64,000 nucleotides of DNA from an uncultured Nitrososphaeraceae archaeon (GTDB lineage: Archaea > Thermoproteota > Nitrososphaeria > Nitrososphaerales > Nitrososphaeraceae): assembly GCA_963779615.1 (NCBI GenBank), contig CAVZZA010000003.1:53237-117236 (forward strand), given 5' to 3'. Below are positions 1 through 11,045 of the stretch, piece after piece. Each line of letters opens with the position of its first letter. The first letter of the stretch is position 1. Under the pieces are notes generated by a model. That model ran no database searches. It was given only the letters and a program-made list of their open reading frames with translations, and was not told where the DNA came from. Position numbers and translations under genes: made by a program.

Positions 1-763
1 CGAAATTAGGATATGTAGAATAATCAAGACAATCAAGGTAGCAGATCTGCAGTAACGGCTCGTTACAAAATATATCCTTGTTCCCTATTATATTTATTAC
101 AGATAATCCGATAATTTTATCATTCTTGTCCACAATTAGAAAAAGTTTTTCTTTAGATATCAAATCATAAACACCATCAAAGGTATTTTTCAGCTTATAG
201 AATTTCCATTCATTAAAATATCGGCCATCCATTTTTGAGTAAACTTCAGAAGTATCCAGATAATTTTGTATATGTTTAATGTCGTGGATGTTAGCACATC
301 TAAAAATCAATGAATGACCATTGAATTGCAAAGTTTTCCCTATTTTCATGTTGTAGTATCTACAAACCGAATTTGCAGAAAACCCATGCCTTTCAAACAG
401 TCTTTTGGAAATTACGTTTTTATTGGATACCAATGCACAAGACTCATCCAATCCCTTTTTAATCCCATATTTTACCATATACTTTAAAAGATACGTGGCT
501 ATTCCCTGATTCCTACAAGTTTCATTTACTCTCAAACCCTCAATCCACAAGACATTATTTGGACATGAACTGATATGAGATACAGCAACAGGACCATAAA
601 CCAACGTGCCCGAATTGGGCATGTCTACAACAAGCAATAATCCAGAAGGGTCGGTTACCCATGAATCCCAAACTATGTCGATATAGTCCCCCCAAGCAAA
701 AGTGTCTTGGCAAAAATTTAAAACCTTATGCTTGTCGGAAGGTTGTGCTTTGCGAATATGCAA
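1..763 (-). CDS. GNAT-family N-acetyltransferase (3' end runs off the window; missing from ORF track)
   Basis: Hand translation from TTG at 763: LHIRKAQPSDKHKVLNFCQDTFAWGDYIDIVWDSW...LWIEGLRVNETCRNQGIATYLLKYM...SKRLFERHGF. Contains the acetyl-CoA-binding motif A (R-N-Q-G-I-A). Frame stays open to base 1. Confidence 0.75.
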   Translation of the reverse strand, partial: MHIRKAQPSDKHKVLNFCQDTFAWGDYIDIVWDSWVTDPSGLLLVVDMPNSGTLVYGPVAVSHISSCPNNVLWIEGLRVNETCRNQGIATYLLKYMVKYGIKKGLDESCALVSNKNVISKRLFERHGFSANSVCRYYNMKIGKTLQFNGHSLIFRCANIHDIKHIQNYLDTSEVYSKMDGRYFNEWKFYKLKNTFDGVYDLISKEKLFLIVDKNDKIIGLSVINIIGNKDIFCNEPLLQICYLDCLDYSTYPNF

Positions 764-1143
764 ATATTTATCTTATTTTCAAGCGCAACATTAAAGCTTT
801 TACGACATAATTTAATTTGTCATTATGAAAATGATTGATTATTGGCCCTTTTCTCCAAAATTCAGGGCAAGAAACAAAAAAATGAAGAATTTGATTATTG
901 AATCCTCTGGCACAAGGCCAGTAACAATATAATGCCGGTTTGTTATTTTTGATAAAATGGCCAATAACCTATGTTAGGTTAACCTGGGTGTGGTTTTCAC
1001 TTTTATTTTATCTGGTTTTGCACTTCCAGTTGCAACAAAAATATAATACCACGCCCAAAAATACAAATTTTTAGGAATGCGGGTAGTTTCTTTATAATAT
1101 ATAGTTATTTAAAGTATATAGAATATAATACATTAGAGCATAA

Positions 1144-1557
1144 ATGGGAGAAATCATAGACAAGGTTAAAGATAAAGCAAAGGATGTTAAGGATGCAGTT
1201 GTAGACACAACAAAAGGCGTCGGAGAAAAAACAAAGGACACATTAACTCCATCATCATCCTCATCAGATTCATCATATTCTGACTCACCATCGTCCAATC
1301 AAGATGGGAGATATGAAGAGGGTGGCCCAGGTACCGAAATAGGGAGAAAAGATGACCCCTTAACAGAATACAGAGATAAAGAAGCAATGACACCTGCAAA
1401 AATAAATGCAGGGGAACCTACTGCTGTACGTAGAGATCCTTCAGACCAAAAGATAACAGAAGAAGGTCAAACAGGAACAGATACTGAACAAGCAAATGAG
1501 CAATTACGTAAACGTGGCATGACCAAACTCGATTCTGATTCTTCTAACACATCCTAA
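1144..1557 (+). CDS. Hydrophilic low-complexity protein, LEA/hydrophilin-like
   Basis: 137 aa, rich in K/D/E/S/T/G with few hydrophobic residues. N-terminus MGEIIDKVKDKAKDVKDAVVDTTK. TATA-like tttaaa ~30 nt upstream; T-rich tract downstream. Confidence 0.65.
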   Translation: MGEIIDKVKDKAKDVKDAVVDTTKGVGEKTKDTLTPSSSSSDSSYSDSPSSNQDGRYEEGGPGTEIGRKDDPLTEYRDKEAMTPAKINAGEPTAVRRDPSDQKITEEGQTGTDTEQANEQLRKRGMTKLDSDSSNTS

Positions 1558-1714
1558 AATATAAAATCAAATACAAAAAAGAAACAGAATACAAATTATC
1601 CCTTTTTTTATTTTTCCAAAACTTTTACCTCATTTTACTATATCAAGGTAATAAGGTTAGCAGTACAACCTTAAAATTTGATGTTGCAATAAACTTTTTT
1701 GGAAAAGGAAAAAG

Positions 1715-2555
<841 letters not shown>

Positions 2556-2708
2556 TCAAGTATAAAAATTAACTTGGTTTCAATAAACTAAAACCTATTG
2601 CAACATGATTTAAATTATGTTGAATTAAAATGCTTTCAAAACACAGATAAAACATGAGAATCACTTAACTATCACTTCTGGATACATTAAATAACTTTGA
2701 TTTAACTA

Positions 2709-3038
2709 ATGGGTATGAGCGAATACAGAGATAACAATGTAAATTATACCGTAAAGATACTTAGGAACTCAATAAAATATTATCTACCAAGGGTGGAGGG
2801 ATACCTTGAGGTTATACGAAACCTGTCTTCAGAATATAGTGGTATGTCACTTATAGAGTTTGATGGGTATTTTGAGAAAAAGTTTGAGCCGGTAAAATAT
2901 GTAAGGGTGGAAGTTCACATAGGCGAAATTGACGAAGGAAAAATAATAGAATTTGCAAATGACATAAGAAACACACTTAGACAAAAGAGCCTGGCCATAG
3001 AATTTAACAATCAGCTGATGTTGGTAGAAGAAAAATGA
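2709..3038 (+). CDS. Hypothetical protein (109 aa, small alpha/beta)
   Basis: Clean ORF with protein-like composition; no family recognised with certainty. Confidence 0.65.
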   Translation: MGMSEYRDNNVNYTVKILRNSIKYYLPRVEGYLEVIRNLSSEYSGMSLIEFDGYFEKKFEPVKYVRVEVHIGEIDEGKIIEFANDIRNTLRQKSLAIEFNNQLMLVEEK

Positions 3039-3418
3039 CAATAAACAAAATTTTCAACCTAAGCAAGACGTCACCAATTAAAAGAATAAAAGGTAATGCT
3101 CCCAAGAGATAATGATTGTTACAGATAAACCATGAAACAAAATTAGGTGCTTAACTAATAAATTTTAATGCGTTGACTACTAGCTAAATGAAGAAGTATT
3201 ACTCGGATCTAGAGACATGACAGTTTGATACATCACTGGCAAGGATGAAATAACATTTTGAATTTAGAAAGCACCAACACAATTTGCCTGCAATTATCTT
3301 TTTTAGAAACGCAGGATTTATGTGAGGGAGAAGGAATTACAAATTGTTCTCCGATACATACACATCTTTTTCTTTTCAGCATGTTGTTCATCTTAGGCAG
3401 AGGTAACAATGTAAACTC

Positions 3419-3766
3419 CTATGGTTCTGTCATTTTTTCATTTACTGAATTGACTCTATCTTCTAGTGTTTCCATTTTATCAAGTCTTTCGTCTATGCGA
3501 ATCGTTGAAACTATTCGTTTGGCGCCCAAATCCTTTATAGCCTGATGTGCCACCTCAATTGACTTTAATATGTCCTGGATATTATTGGCCTCTATTTCCG
3601 TTCCCATTGCATTTAGATTGACTTTAACCCCCTTGAGTTTTTTAATTGCTTTAAAAGCAAACGCTATCTCTCTACTTATGCTTGTTTGCATTGCATCAGT
3701 TGAATAGTTTTTTCCCAGCGGGATTATGCTGATTTCTGCAACTACTTTAAGATTTTCTAATGCCAT
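3419..3766 (-). CDS. MTH1187/YkoF-family thiamine-binding protein
   Basis: AEISIIPLG...SISREIA...NAMGTEIE...RIVSTIRIDERLDK pattern typical of the family. Confidence 0.85.
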   Translation of the reverse strand: MALENLKVVAEISIIPLGKNYSTDAMQTSISREIAFAFKAIKKLKGVKVNLNAMGTEIEANNIQDILKSIEVAHQAIKDLGAKRIVSTIRIDERLDKMETLEDRVNSVNEKMTEP

Positions 3767-4507
3767 ATTATTACTACTTGTAAAGAATATGTAAATTTAA
3801 TGTGCATTAAACCTTAAAAACACCTTCTTTTGGATATGGGAGCCGTATACTGCTAAACGGTAATTGGATTATGTGCTTATTCCCTTTAATTGATGTTAAA
3901 TCAATAGATTGTAATTCACACACCCTTCAACTTTAATATTGTATGTTCATTAATTTTAACCATTTATACATGCAGCATTGGGATGTATCTGCCTGTTTAA
4001 TATTATTTTTAAGTCCAGCTTTCAAATCAGATTTTTGCTGTTTTGAGGCTATCGACCTTTCAAAATACTTCAAGGTCAATAGCTTGGAATATTCCATCTT
4101 ACAGTCTCAAATCAGTGAATACTCCTTGATCCGAGGATTATCCAATTTTTTGGCAAAACTTTGTGCTTCGTCCTATTGTACAATCAGTGGATGTTGCCAA
4201 TCAGATAAACAGCTCAACTATTTGGATTGTAAAGCATGAGAAACCAGATTTAGTACAAATGAATATTGTTTTGGCAACCCAAAATCAACAACACTTATTT
4301 TGCCTATCGATTCCATCTCCTTAGATTTTATTTAGGTAGTCGATCAATCAAATTTGTTTCACATTCCAATGAACCTATGATTCGTGTTTTTCTACAGATA
4401 TTCTTCACTATTGCTTCACGAATATGGATTTTCATCCATCTATGAATTGCCCCAATCTTGCAACATGAAAACAAGATCTTCTTATAGTTTTATTCATAAT
4501 AGCGCAT

Positions 4508-4870
4508 GTGAATTGCATGACAATTATTGCAATTGTTGCATCTATTTTTACTATTATAGCAGGATTTTATCATATAATGATGGTTCCTGCCAACAATTTT
4601 AACGCCACAATTCTTTTTCTAGTTGGAGGTCTAGCCCAAATTTTTTGGGCAATACCCACTATAAGAAATTGGGGAAGAAAATGGGATTGTATAGGAATTG
4701 CTGGAACTATTGCTTTCATAACCATCTGGGCAATAACAAGGATACCTGATAACCCAATAACTGGGAGGGGAGGACCAATAGGCCAAAATGCAATCATTAT
4801 AGAATTATCTCAAATAATGTTTGTTATTCTATTAGTTATCTTAGTTAGTAAAAGAAAAAAATCAAGATAA
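4508..4870 (+). CDS. Small integral membrane protein (about 4 TM); ATG at 4517 is the likelier start
   Basis: Four hydrophobic segments and a basic C-terminal tail. Confidence 0.7.
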   Translation: MNCMTIIAIVASIFTIIAGFYHIMMVPANNFNATILFLVGGLAQIFWAIPTIRNWGRKWDCIGIAGTIAFITIWAITRIPDNPITGRGGPIGQNAIIIELSQIMFVILLVILVSKRKKSR

Positions 4871-4917
4871 CCAATGCCATAATCAAGTTTTTATAATAAT
4901 ACAAACGAGTAGCCTTA

Positions 4918-5142
4918 TTGACAAAAGACAAAACAACTCATCAAACAGTATTTACACAAGAACCAGGTCTTGGGTTAGTGGCTGTTGTTCCTTTTAATTG
5001 GGCTCACAGGCCTGTCAGGTTTGAATTTGAAGGTGAAGTGTTTACAACTAATGCAATTGAGAACAATGGGAGGGCAGAGGTTCGATTTTCATCTCTATCG
5101 GCAGGGGGACCTGTTGAAATTGAACTTTATGAAAACAAGTAA
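4918..5142 (+). CDS. Hypothetical protein (74 aa)
   Basis: Protein-like ORF directly downstream of 4508..4870 on the same strand. Confidence 0.5.
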   Translation: MTKDKTTHQTVFTQEPGLGLVAVVPFNWAHRPVRFEFEGEVFTTNAIENNGRAEVRFSSLSAGGPVEIELYENK

Positions 5143-5839
5143 TTAGATTGGTTTTCCCAAAAGGGTTTTCTCATAATGTTTTTATTTAACATGTTCGAGT
5201 ATGTAAAAGAAATTGCACTTTCGAAAAATATAGATTCAATTAAAGTGTGTCAAAACCCTACGTTTGGATTTTATCGATACACACAATAAATTTTCCTATA
5301 TTCTTTTTACCCTTGATTATAATTCATTTCAACAAAGCATTGAAATAAAATATTATAAAAAACTCTGTACTATAGACACATAGATAGTCACCTAAAACAA
5401 CATAGATTTGTTTATAAACTTTTTTTTCATTTACCACAATATTGTCTTTTTAAGAAGGAATGGTAAAAAATTGCATCTTCCAGGTTACATCTTTTTGGAT
5501 ATAACGCATTTAACCAAACATAACTTTTAATGAAATCTGTATTGGCACATATGGTTTGAGGGGATTATCTATAAAAAATCTAAAGGAGCTTTTACTCATG
5601 TCTCAATTTCAGCAGCTTTGTATGAAAATGCCTTTTTAAAAACTTTTACTGGCAATTAAGTTACTCCAAATAAAGCAAAAACACAAAGCATGCATCCAAT
5701 ACAAAACAGTCTCTGCATTTTTCTCCAAACAAGAAAAGGATCATCCCATTCAAATTGTAGTTATTGTGTATACTACCTAAGAATTTCATGTAGACAGCAC
5801 TGTAAATAAAGCACTCATTTTAAATGCCATTGCAATTAA

Positions 5840-6649
5840 TTAATCAGATAACTTTAACTCCAGATCTTCAATTTTTTTTCTGATTTCTTTTATTTCCAAT
5901 AGTATCTCTTTTTGGGTCGCAGGCTGCATAATTTCATTTTCTAATTGCTTGTATGCCTCTTCGGATTTCCTTACAATCACTGCAACAAATATATTGATAA
6001 CAATAAACGTTCCTATCACTATAAAGCTTATGAAGAAAAGCCCATAAAACGGATTCACAGTTGTTGCAGGAGACATTACCTCAACCCAGCCTTCCAATGT
6101 CAGTATTTGAAACAACGTTAAAACAGACCTCGGCAGTGTGTTCCAATGTTCTGGATCTATATTGTTAAATAAATGAAACCCCGCAATACCGTAGATAAAA
6201 AAAAGAAGAGACAAAAGTAAAAAAATGTTTACCATGCTTGGAATTGACTTAATTATCGTCATAACCACAATTGACATTTCCCTGGATCGATTTGTTAAAC
6301 GGGTAACTCGCAATAGTCTAATCAACCTGGCGACAGTGGAATAACCACCACCAAGGGGCAAAAGTGACAGTACGATAATTGAGAAATCCAATATGTTCCA
6401 TCCGTCTTTAAAGTATTTGAAAACATTTGGGTACGAGGAAACCATCTTTAGTCCGGCCTCAATCATAAAAACAGATAATACGAAAATGTTGATTGACTCA
6501 AAGAGCAAAAAATAGCTGTTAAATTCAGAAATTGTTTCTAACGCCAATACGGCTGCTTGTATCAATATAACTATAGTTATGAAATAATTAAAACTTTTAT
6601 GGTTAACTAACATTTTTACCATTGCAGACATTTTTACCATTGCAGACAT
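5840..6649 (-). CDS. Voltage-gated cation channel, BacNav/6TM ion transporter family
   Basis: S1-S4 sensor with S4 ARLIRLLRVTR (four Arg at every third position), pore helix and filter LTLEGWVE, S6 INIFVAVIV, C-terminal coiled coil. Confidence 0.92.
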   Translation of the reverse strand: MSAMVKMSAMVKMLVNHKSFNYFITIVILIQAAVLALETISEFNSYFLLFESINIFVLSVFMIEAGLKMVSSYPNVFKYFKDGWNILDFSIIVLSLLPLGGGYSTVARLIRLLRVTRLTNRSREMSIVVMTIIKSIPSMVNIFLLLSLLFFIYGIAGFHLFNNIDPEHWNTLPRSVLTLFQILTLEGWVEVMSPATTVNPFYGLFFISFIVIGTFIVINIFVAVIVRKSEEAYKQLENEIMQPATQKEILLEIKEIRKKIEDLELKLSD

Positions 6650-6653
6650 TTTT
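6610..6653. repeat. 18-bp tandem duplication at the start of the channel gene
   Basis: acatttttaccattgcag x2 plus a partial third copy; encodes MSAMVK-MSAMVK-M. Confidence 0.95.
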
Positions 6654-6980
6654 CTCAGTTCTTAATTTTATTTGTATAATATTTTTAACTTTTGAATGGT
6701 TATTCGCTCTTACATCAAAATTATGAACTATAACTGTATCGATAGGAATTATAAGAAGCGTGGCTTTTAAAATTCAATAAAGTTAGATTTATCTTTTGCT
6801 TGTATAATTTATCTGAAAAAAAACCGTTTTGTTTGTTGAAATAGAAGAATTATATGCAAGAGGGGGGAATGAAAATTCCAAAACGCTTGAAGATCAACCT
6901 TCAACAAATCATCATATCCTAACTAAACTGAATTACCTAAAAATAACAAACACAATCCAAAATAATAAAAAAAAGGGTAA

Positions 6981-7199
6981 TTATTCTTTTTTTACGCCTT
7001 CTTTATGTATCCAATGGTACACAATGTTTTCGGCAGTAATCCAATAAGTTTCGGTACCCGCATCCACAATAATTTCCTTTGTATTGTCATCAAACTTTAC
7101 ATTATGTTTGTGCAACTCAAGCTCTTCACCAGAACCCAATCGGATCATTACCTCCCCATTATTTTCTACGCTGTCTTTTATAGATTCATAATTTGCCAT
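6981..7199 (-). CDS. Hypothetical small protein (72 aa)
   Basis: Beta-rich, protein-like ORF (MANYESIKDSVENNGEVMIRL...); better supported than the overlapping + strand ORFs. Confidence 0.65.
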   Translation of the reverse strand: MANYESIKDSVENNGEVMIRLGSGEELELHKHNVKFDDNTKEIIVDAGTETYWITAENIVYHWIHKEGVKKE

Positions 7200-7671
7200 T
7201 ATCTTAACTCAATTGTAATCTTCCTTTTAACTTTATCAGGAATAAAACGGAAAAACAAGTCATTAAATAAACATTAACGAATTCCTTTGGTTTTACTGCT
7301 TTTCCTTTATTTTGATATCGCAAAAGACGCTAATCCTATTTAACTTTGTAATTTAGGTTGCATTTTCCCTTTATCTTAATAAAGCAATACAATTGATTGA
7401 TTTCAATTCCTTAGACATGGCTAGTGTTTGATTAAAAGAATTGGCTTATTTTTATTAATGAATACGGGTATTGAAAATGACATTTAAGCACATGTAACTG
7501 TGAACAGGTATTTTTTGGGCATTAATAAAAAGAAATCACAGTACTAATAAAAAGGCATTTGACTGATATATTTATAGTTGTTAACATATGTACATATATG
7601 TATATTTGCATAAGGATCCCATTAGCAATATTTATCCACACTCAGGACAAGTATTTTAGAAGGTAAAGAGG

Positions 7672-8118
7672 ATGCCTGACAGATTATTTTCAGAAGATGA
7701 CACGGAATTCATTGAGGCAAGAATCAATAACATTGGCTTTCTTGACACAATGGGATTGGAGGGCGCCGTTATCTTAAAATCCATCGACGGTGTGGAGTTT
7801 CCTATTGTTGCATTCTCGGGGGAGGTAGCAGGACACATAGCTCTGTTTCAACAGGGAAAAAAAAATGACGTACCTACCATGTACAATCTGGTTGAAGAAA
7901 TCGCGGTAATGCATGATTTACTTTTAATTGAGGTAAGAATATATCAAAGTGATTCGGCTTTGCGGGCTAACCTATATTTTCAAAACAGAAAAAAAGAAAT
8001 CCAGATCCTGAGAAACTACCGCGCGTCTGATGCGATAGCGCTGGCGGCTTATCATGACATCCCAATCAAGATAAGAAAGACATTATTGAAAAAAAAAGAT
8101 AACGAGATTGGCATCTAA
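7672..8118 (+). CDS. Bifunctional nuclease family protein (DUF151/BFN)
   Basis: VILKSIDGVEFPI...PTMYNL...RASDAIALA motif. Confidence 0.75.
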   Translation: MPDRLFSEDDTEFIEARINNIGFLDTMGLEGAVILKSIDGVEFPIVAFSGEVAGHIALFQQGKKNDVPTMYNLVEEIAVMHDLLLIEVRIYQSDSALRANLYFQNRKKEIQILRNYRASDAIALAAYHDIPIKIRKTLLKKKDNEIGI

Positions 8119-8650
8119 AAAAAATAGTATTGTATTTTCTTTCAACATATAACGCCTATATTTCATTAATGAACATGACAAGGTTTTCAACTATCTACAA
8201 TACTGTAACAAAATTTAATTGATCTAAAATAAACTGTTGTACTGCTTTATCTTTTAGCATTAGTTGGTGAAAATAGATTTAGGACAACAGCAAGCGTCAA
8301 TACGTTAGGAGACCAACACGATTGGTAATGATGCCAATCTAAGAATTTCACATCGACATTTAGCAACACCCCATAAAACGGATTTGTTATTACAGGCATT
8401 AGGTAGAGACTGTGAAAGGCAATAATAGATATATAGAATTTTTCAATACATTCACCTTGAATAACTTATTACTCTATTTCTTGTTTTTTTTCTTATGCAT
8501 AGCCTTTAATTGTCATGTTCATAGATTAACATTATCATGGTATTATAAAAGAGAATATTTGGGTTTTTTATTATTTTGTTTTAGAAAAAACACAGCCATG
8601 AAGTACTCATAATCTTAAAGAGGTAGTAACGGCTTATTTTGTTTGTGCCA

Positions 8651-8749
8651 CTACTCTTCTTCCCCTTCCAATTTTTCTCTTTGTTCCTCTTCTTCTTTTT
8701 CATGCTCTTTTTTTAATTCCTCCAAATCTTGGTCAGTTTCCATATTCAT
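8651..8749 (-). CDS. Candidate 32-aa acidic microprotein
   Basis: MNMETDQDLEELKKEHEKEEEEQREKLEGERE*; TATA-like tatatataaa on the minus strand at ~8761-8770. Confidence 0.35.
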   Translation of the reverse strand: MNMETDQDLEELKKEHEKEEEEQREKLEGEEE

Positions 8750-9057
8750 TCCACAAATAATTTATATATAAACACTTAAGCCTTTTATCAGAATTAGTTC
8801 ATTACTAGTTTTGTTAACAATAATAAATAAGATATTTTGATTTAGTACCAGTGTAGAATACAATTTGGTTTGCGACAAGTTATCAGTATTAGGCATTTCC
8901 ATACAGTTTTTACAGATTATTTTTTTGGATTTTTATACCGAACAATAAGCAATACACCCAGAAAACGCCATTCCGTAACACATTCTCCCATTAATTATTG
9001 GAGGTGGATGCTAAAGTAGCTTCATATTAACTCAGGTATTTAACACATAACAATATT

Positions 9058-10020
9058 TTGAGTGAAAAAGTTGACAAGAAGTACTGTATTTCAGTTTCCA
9101 ATTTGAGAAAAGAATACGCACACAAAAAAGTTGCACTGGATGGCATTTCATTCAATGTGGAGTATGGTAAGATATTCGGATTCCTTGGGCCGAACGGGGC
9201 TGGCAAGAGCACAACGATAAAGATATTAACCACATTACTTAACCCAACTTCCGGGAACGTGCATATCTTTGGAAAAGATATCACAAAATTTGCCGTTGAA
9301 ATAAGAAAGAAAATAGGCGTGATATCTCAACAGCCAAGTTCGGAGAATCATTTGACAGTGGAAAAAGCCCTGGACCTGTATGGATTGCTATGGGGGATCA
9401 AAGGGAAGAAAAGGAAAGACAAAGTAAATGAAATAATTGAGGTGTTTGACCTGCAAGAAATTCGGAAAACAAATAATGACGAGCTCTCAATAGGTCAAAG
9501 AAGAAGGGTTCAAGTTGCAAGGGAATTTATCCATGACATGAAATTGCTTTTTTTAGATGAGCCTACAGTTGGGTTGGATCCCTCTGCAAGGAGAATGCTC
9601 TTGGATTATATCAAAAGTCAGGTAAAGTTGGGCCTTACTGTTTTTTTTACAACTCACATAATGGAAGAAGCAGAATATTTATGCGATGAAATAGCCATCA
9701 TCAACAGAGGAAAAATAATTGCTTTTGATACACCTAGCGGATTAAAGAATAAATATGATGTGAACAAAATTATCGAGTTAGGGGTAAAGGATATTTCCGC
9801 CAAATCAATCTTTCCTTTATTAAAGGACACCGCTTTTGATTCACAAGTTGAAATTGATGGGGTGCACAGTTTTAAGATAAAGTCTTTAAATCCCCAACAG
9901 GTTTTAATTAAAATAATTGAAGGCTTTTCAAAAAACAATATACAGATAGAAAGCATCGCAATCAAATCTCCTTCTTTAGAAGAAATATTCCTAAATATGG
10001 TAAGCAATGAAAAGCAATAA
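9058..10020 (+). CDS. ABC transporter ATP-binding protein (DrrA/NodI-like exporter)
   Basis: Walker A GPNGAGKS, signature LSIGQ, Walker B LFLDEPT, H-loop TTHIMEE. Confidence 0.95.
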   Translation: MSEKVDKKYCISVSNLRKEYAHKKVALDGISFNVEYGKIFGFLGPNGAGKSTTIKILTTLLNPTSGNVHIFGKDITKFAVEIRKKIGVISQQPSSENHLTVEKALDLYGLLWGIKGKKRKDKVNEIIEVFDLQEIRKTNNDELSIGQRRRVQVAREFIHDMKLLFLDEPTVGLDPSARRMLLDYIKSQVKLGLTVFFTTHIMEEAEYLCDEIAIINRGKIIAFDTPSGLKNKYDVNKIIELGVKDISAKSIFPLLKDTAFDSQVEIDGVHSFKIKSLNPQQVLIKIIEGFSKNNIQIESIAIKSPSLEEIFLNMVSNEKQ

Positions 10021-10043
10021 AATAAAAACTCCGACAAATTGTT

Positions 10044-10838
10044 TTACACTTTTACTTTCAACATAGAAATGGCGGCGATTAAAAAAGCTATGGACGAAAT
10101 CACTGAAATAATAACGACTTCAATAGCAGTAAAGCCAGTAATTTGTGAGTATATCCCCGCCCTGGTTATATCTACTATATAGGTTAGAGGATTAATGTAG
10201 AAGGCTGTCTTTAGAGGTTCAGGTACTGATTCCGCAGGATAAAATGTAGAACTTGCAAAGGCGAAAAACAAAAAAACACCATTACTGATAACAGTAAATC
10301 CTTCACTGCTTTTTAGCCTTGTGGATATTATTACTGTAACAGACCCAAAAAATACTGCACCGATGACTATGGCAAAAATTGTAAAAGGTATACTCACCAT
10401 TGTGGGATTTGCATTGCCTACCATAGTCGGAAGGCCAACCACTAGGATCAATGCAGCGCTAGCCAGCCCCATAATCATAATGGTAACAAGATTACCGATT
10501 ATGTATTGGAGTTTTGTAAAAGGCAAGACAAGCAATTGCTGAAACATGCCGTTCCTCTTATCACTCCAAATAATGCTTCCAGTAACAGTACTGCTATTCA
10601 TAACATTAAAACCAATCATTCCCACGGCCAAATACGAGGGATATGAAACGAGTATATCGCCTATTTGCACTCCTTGATTTCCAATTAATCCAGAATATGC
10701 ATATCCTGATACAAATATATAAAAAGTAGGAAAGACAACTTGCCATATCAAAAACACCTTATCGATAGAAGCTACAAGGTTTCTATAGGTTAACGTTAAA
10801 ACTTCATTAAACAACATCGCATCAATTAAGAGTATCAT
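10044..10838 (-). CDS. ABC-2 type exporter permease
   Basis: About 6 TM segments; FASSTFYP and INPLTYIVD ABC-2 motifs. Confidence 0.9.
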   Translation of the reverse strand: MILLIDAMLFNEVLTLTYRNLVASIDKVFLIWQVVFPTFYIFVSGYAYSGLIGNQGVQIGDILVSYPSYLAVGMIGFNVMNSSTVTGSIIWSDKRNGMFQQLLVLPFTKLQYIIGNLVTIMIMGLASAALILVVGLPTMVGNANPTMVSIPFTIFAIVIGAVFFGSVTVIISTRLKSSEGFTVISNGVFLFFAFASSTFYPAESVPEPLKTAFYINPLTYIVDITRAGIYSQITGFTAIEVVIISVISSIAFLIAAISMLKVKV

Positions 10839-11045
10839 TTTTCCATGTTATTATGTGCTTTGCGGCTTCAATTTTTTTCTTCTTTTCACTTTTTTTACCC
10901 TTTAAATTATATTTTCAAATGACGCAACTCGCCCTGTAAATCACAGATCATCCAACAGACAGATTGTAACGATTATCAAATGCATTGAAATCCTATATCG
11001 CCATAAAGGAGGCAAACTAGCAATGTTTTGCAGGCATTCAGTAAT

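Noticed and set aside
3943-4330. Coding remnant on either strand
   Set aside because: Multiple stops in the protein-like minus frame; no family assignable.
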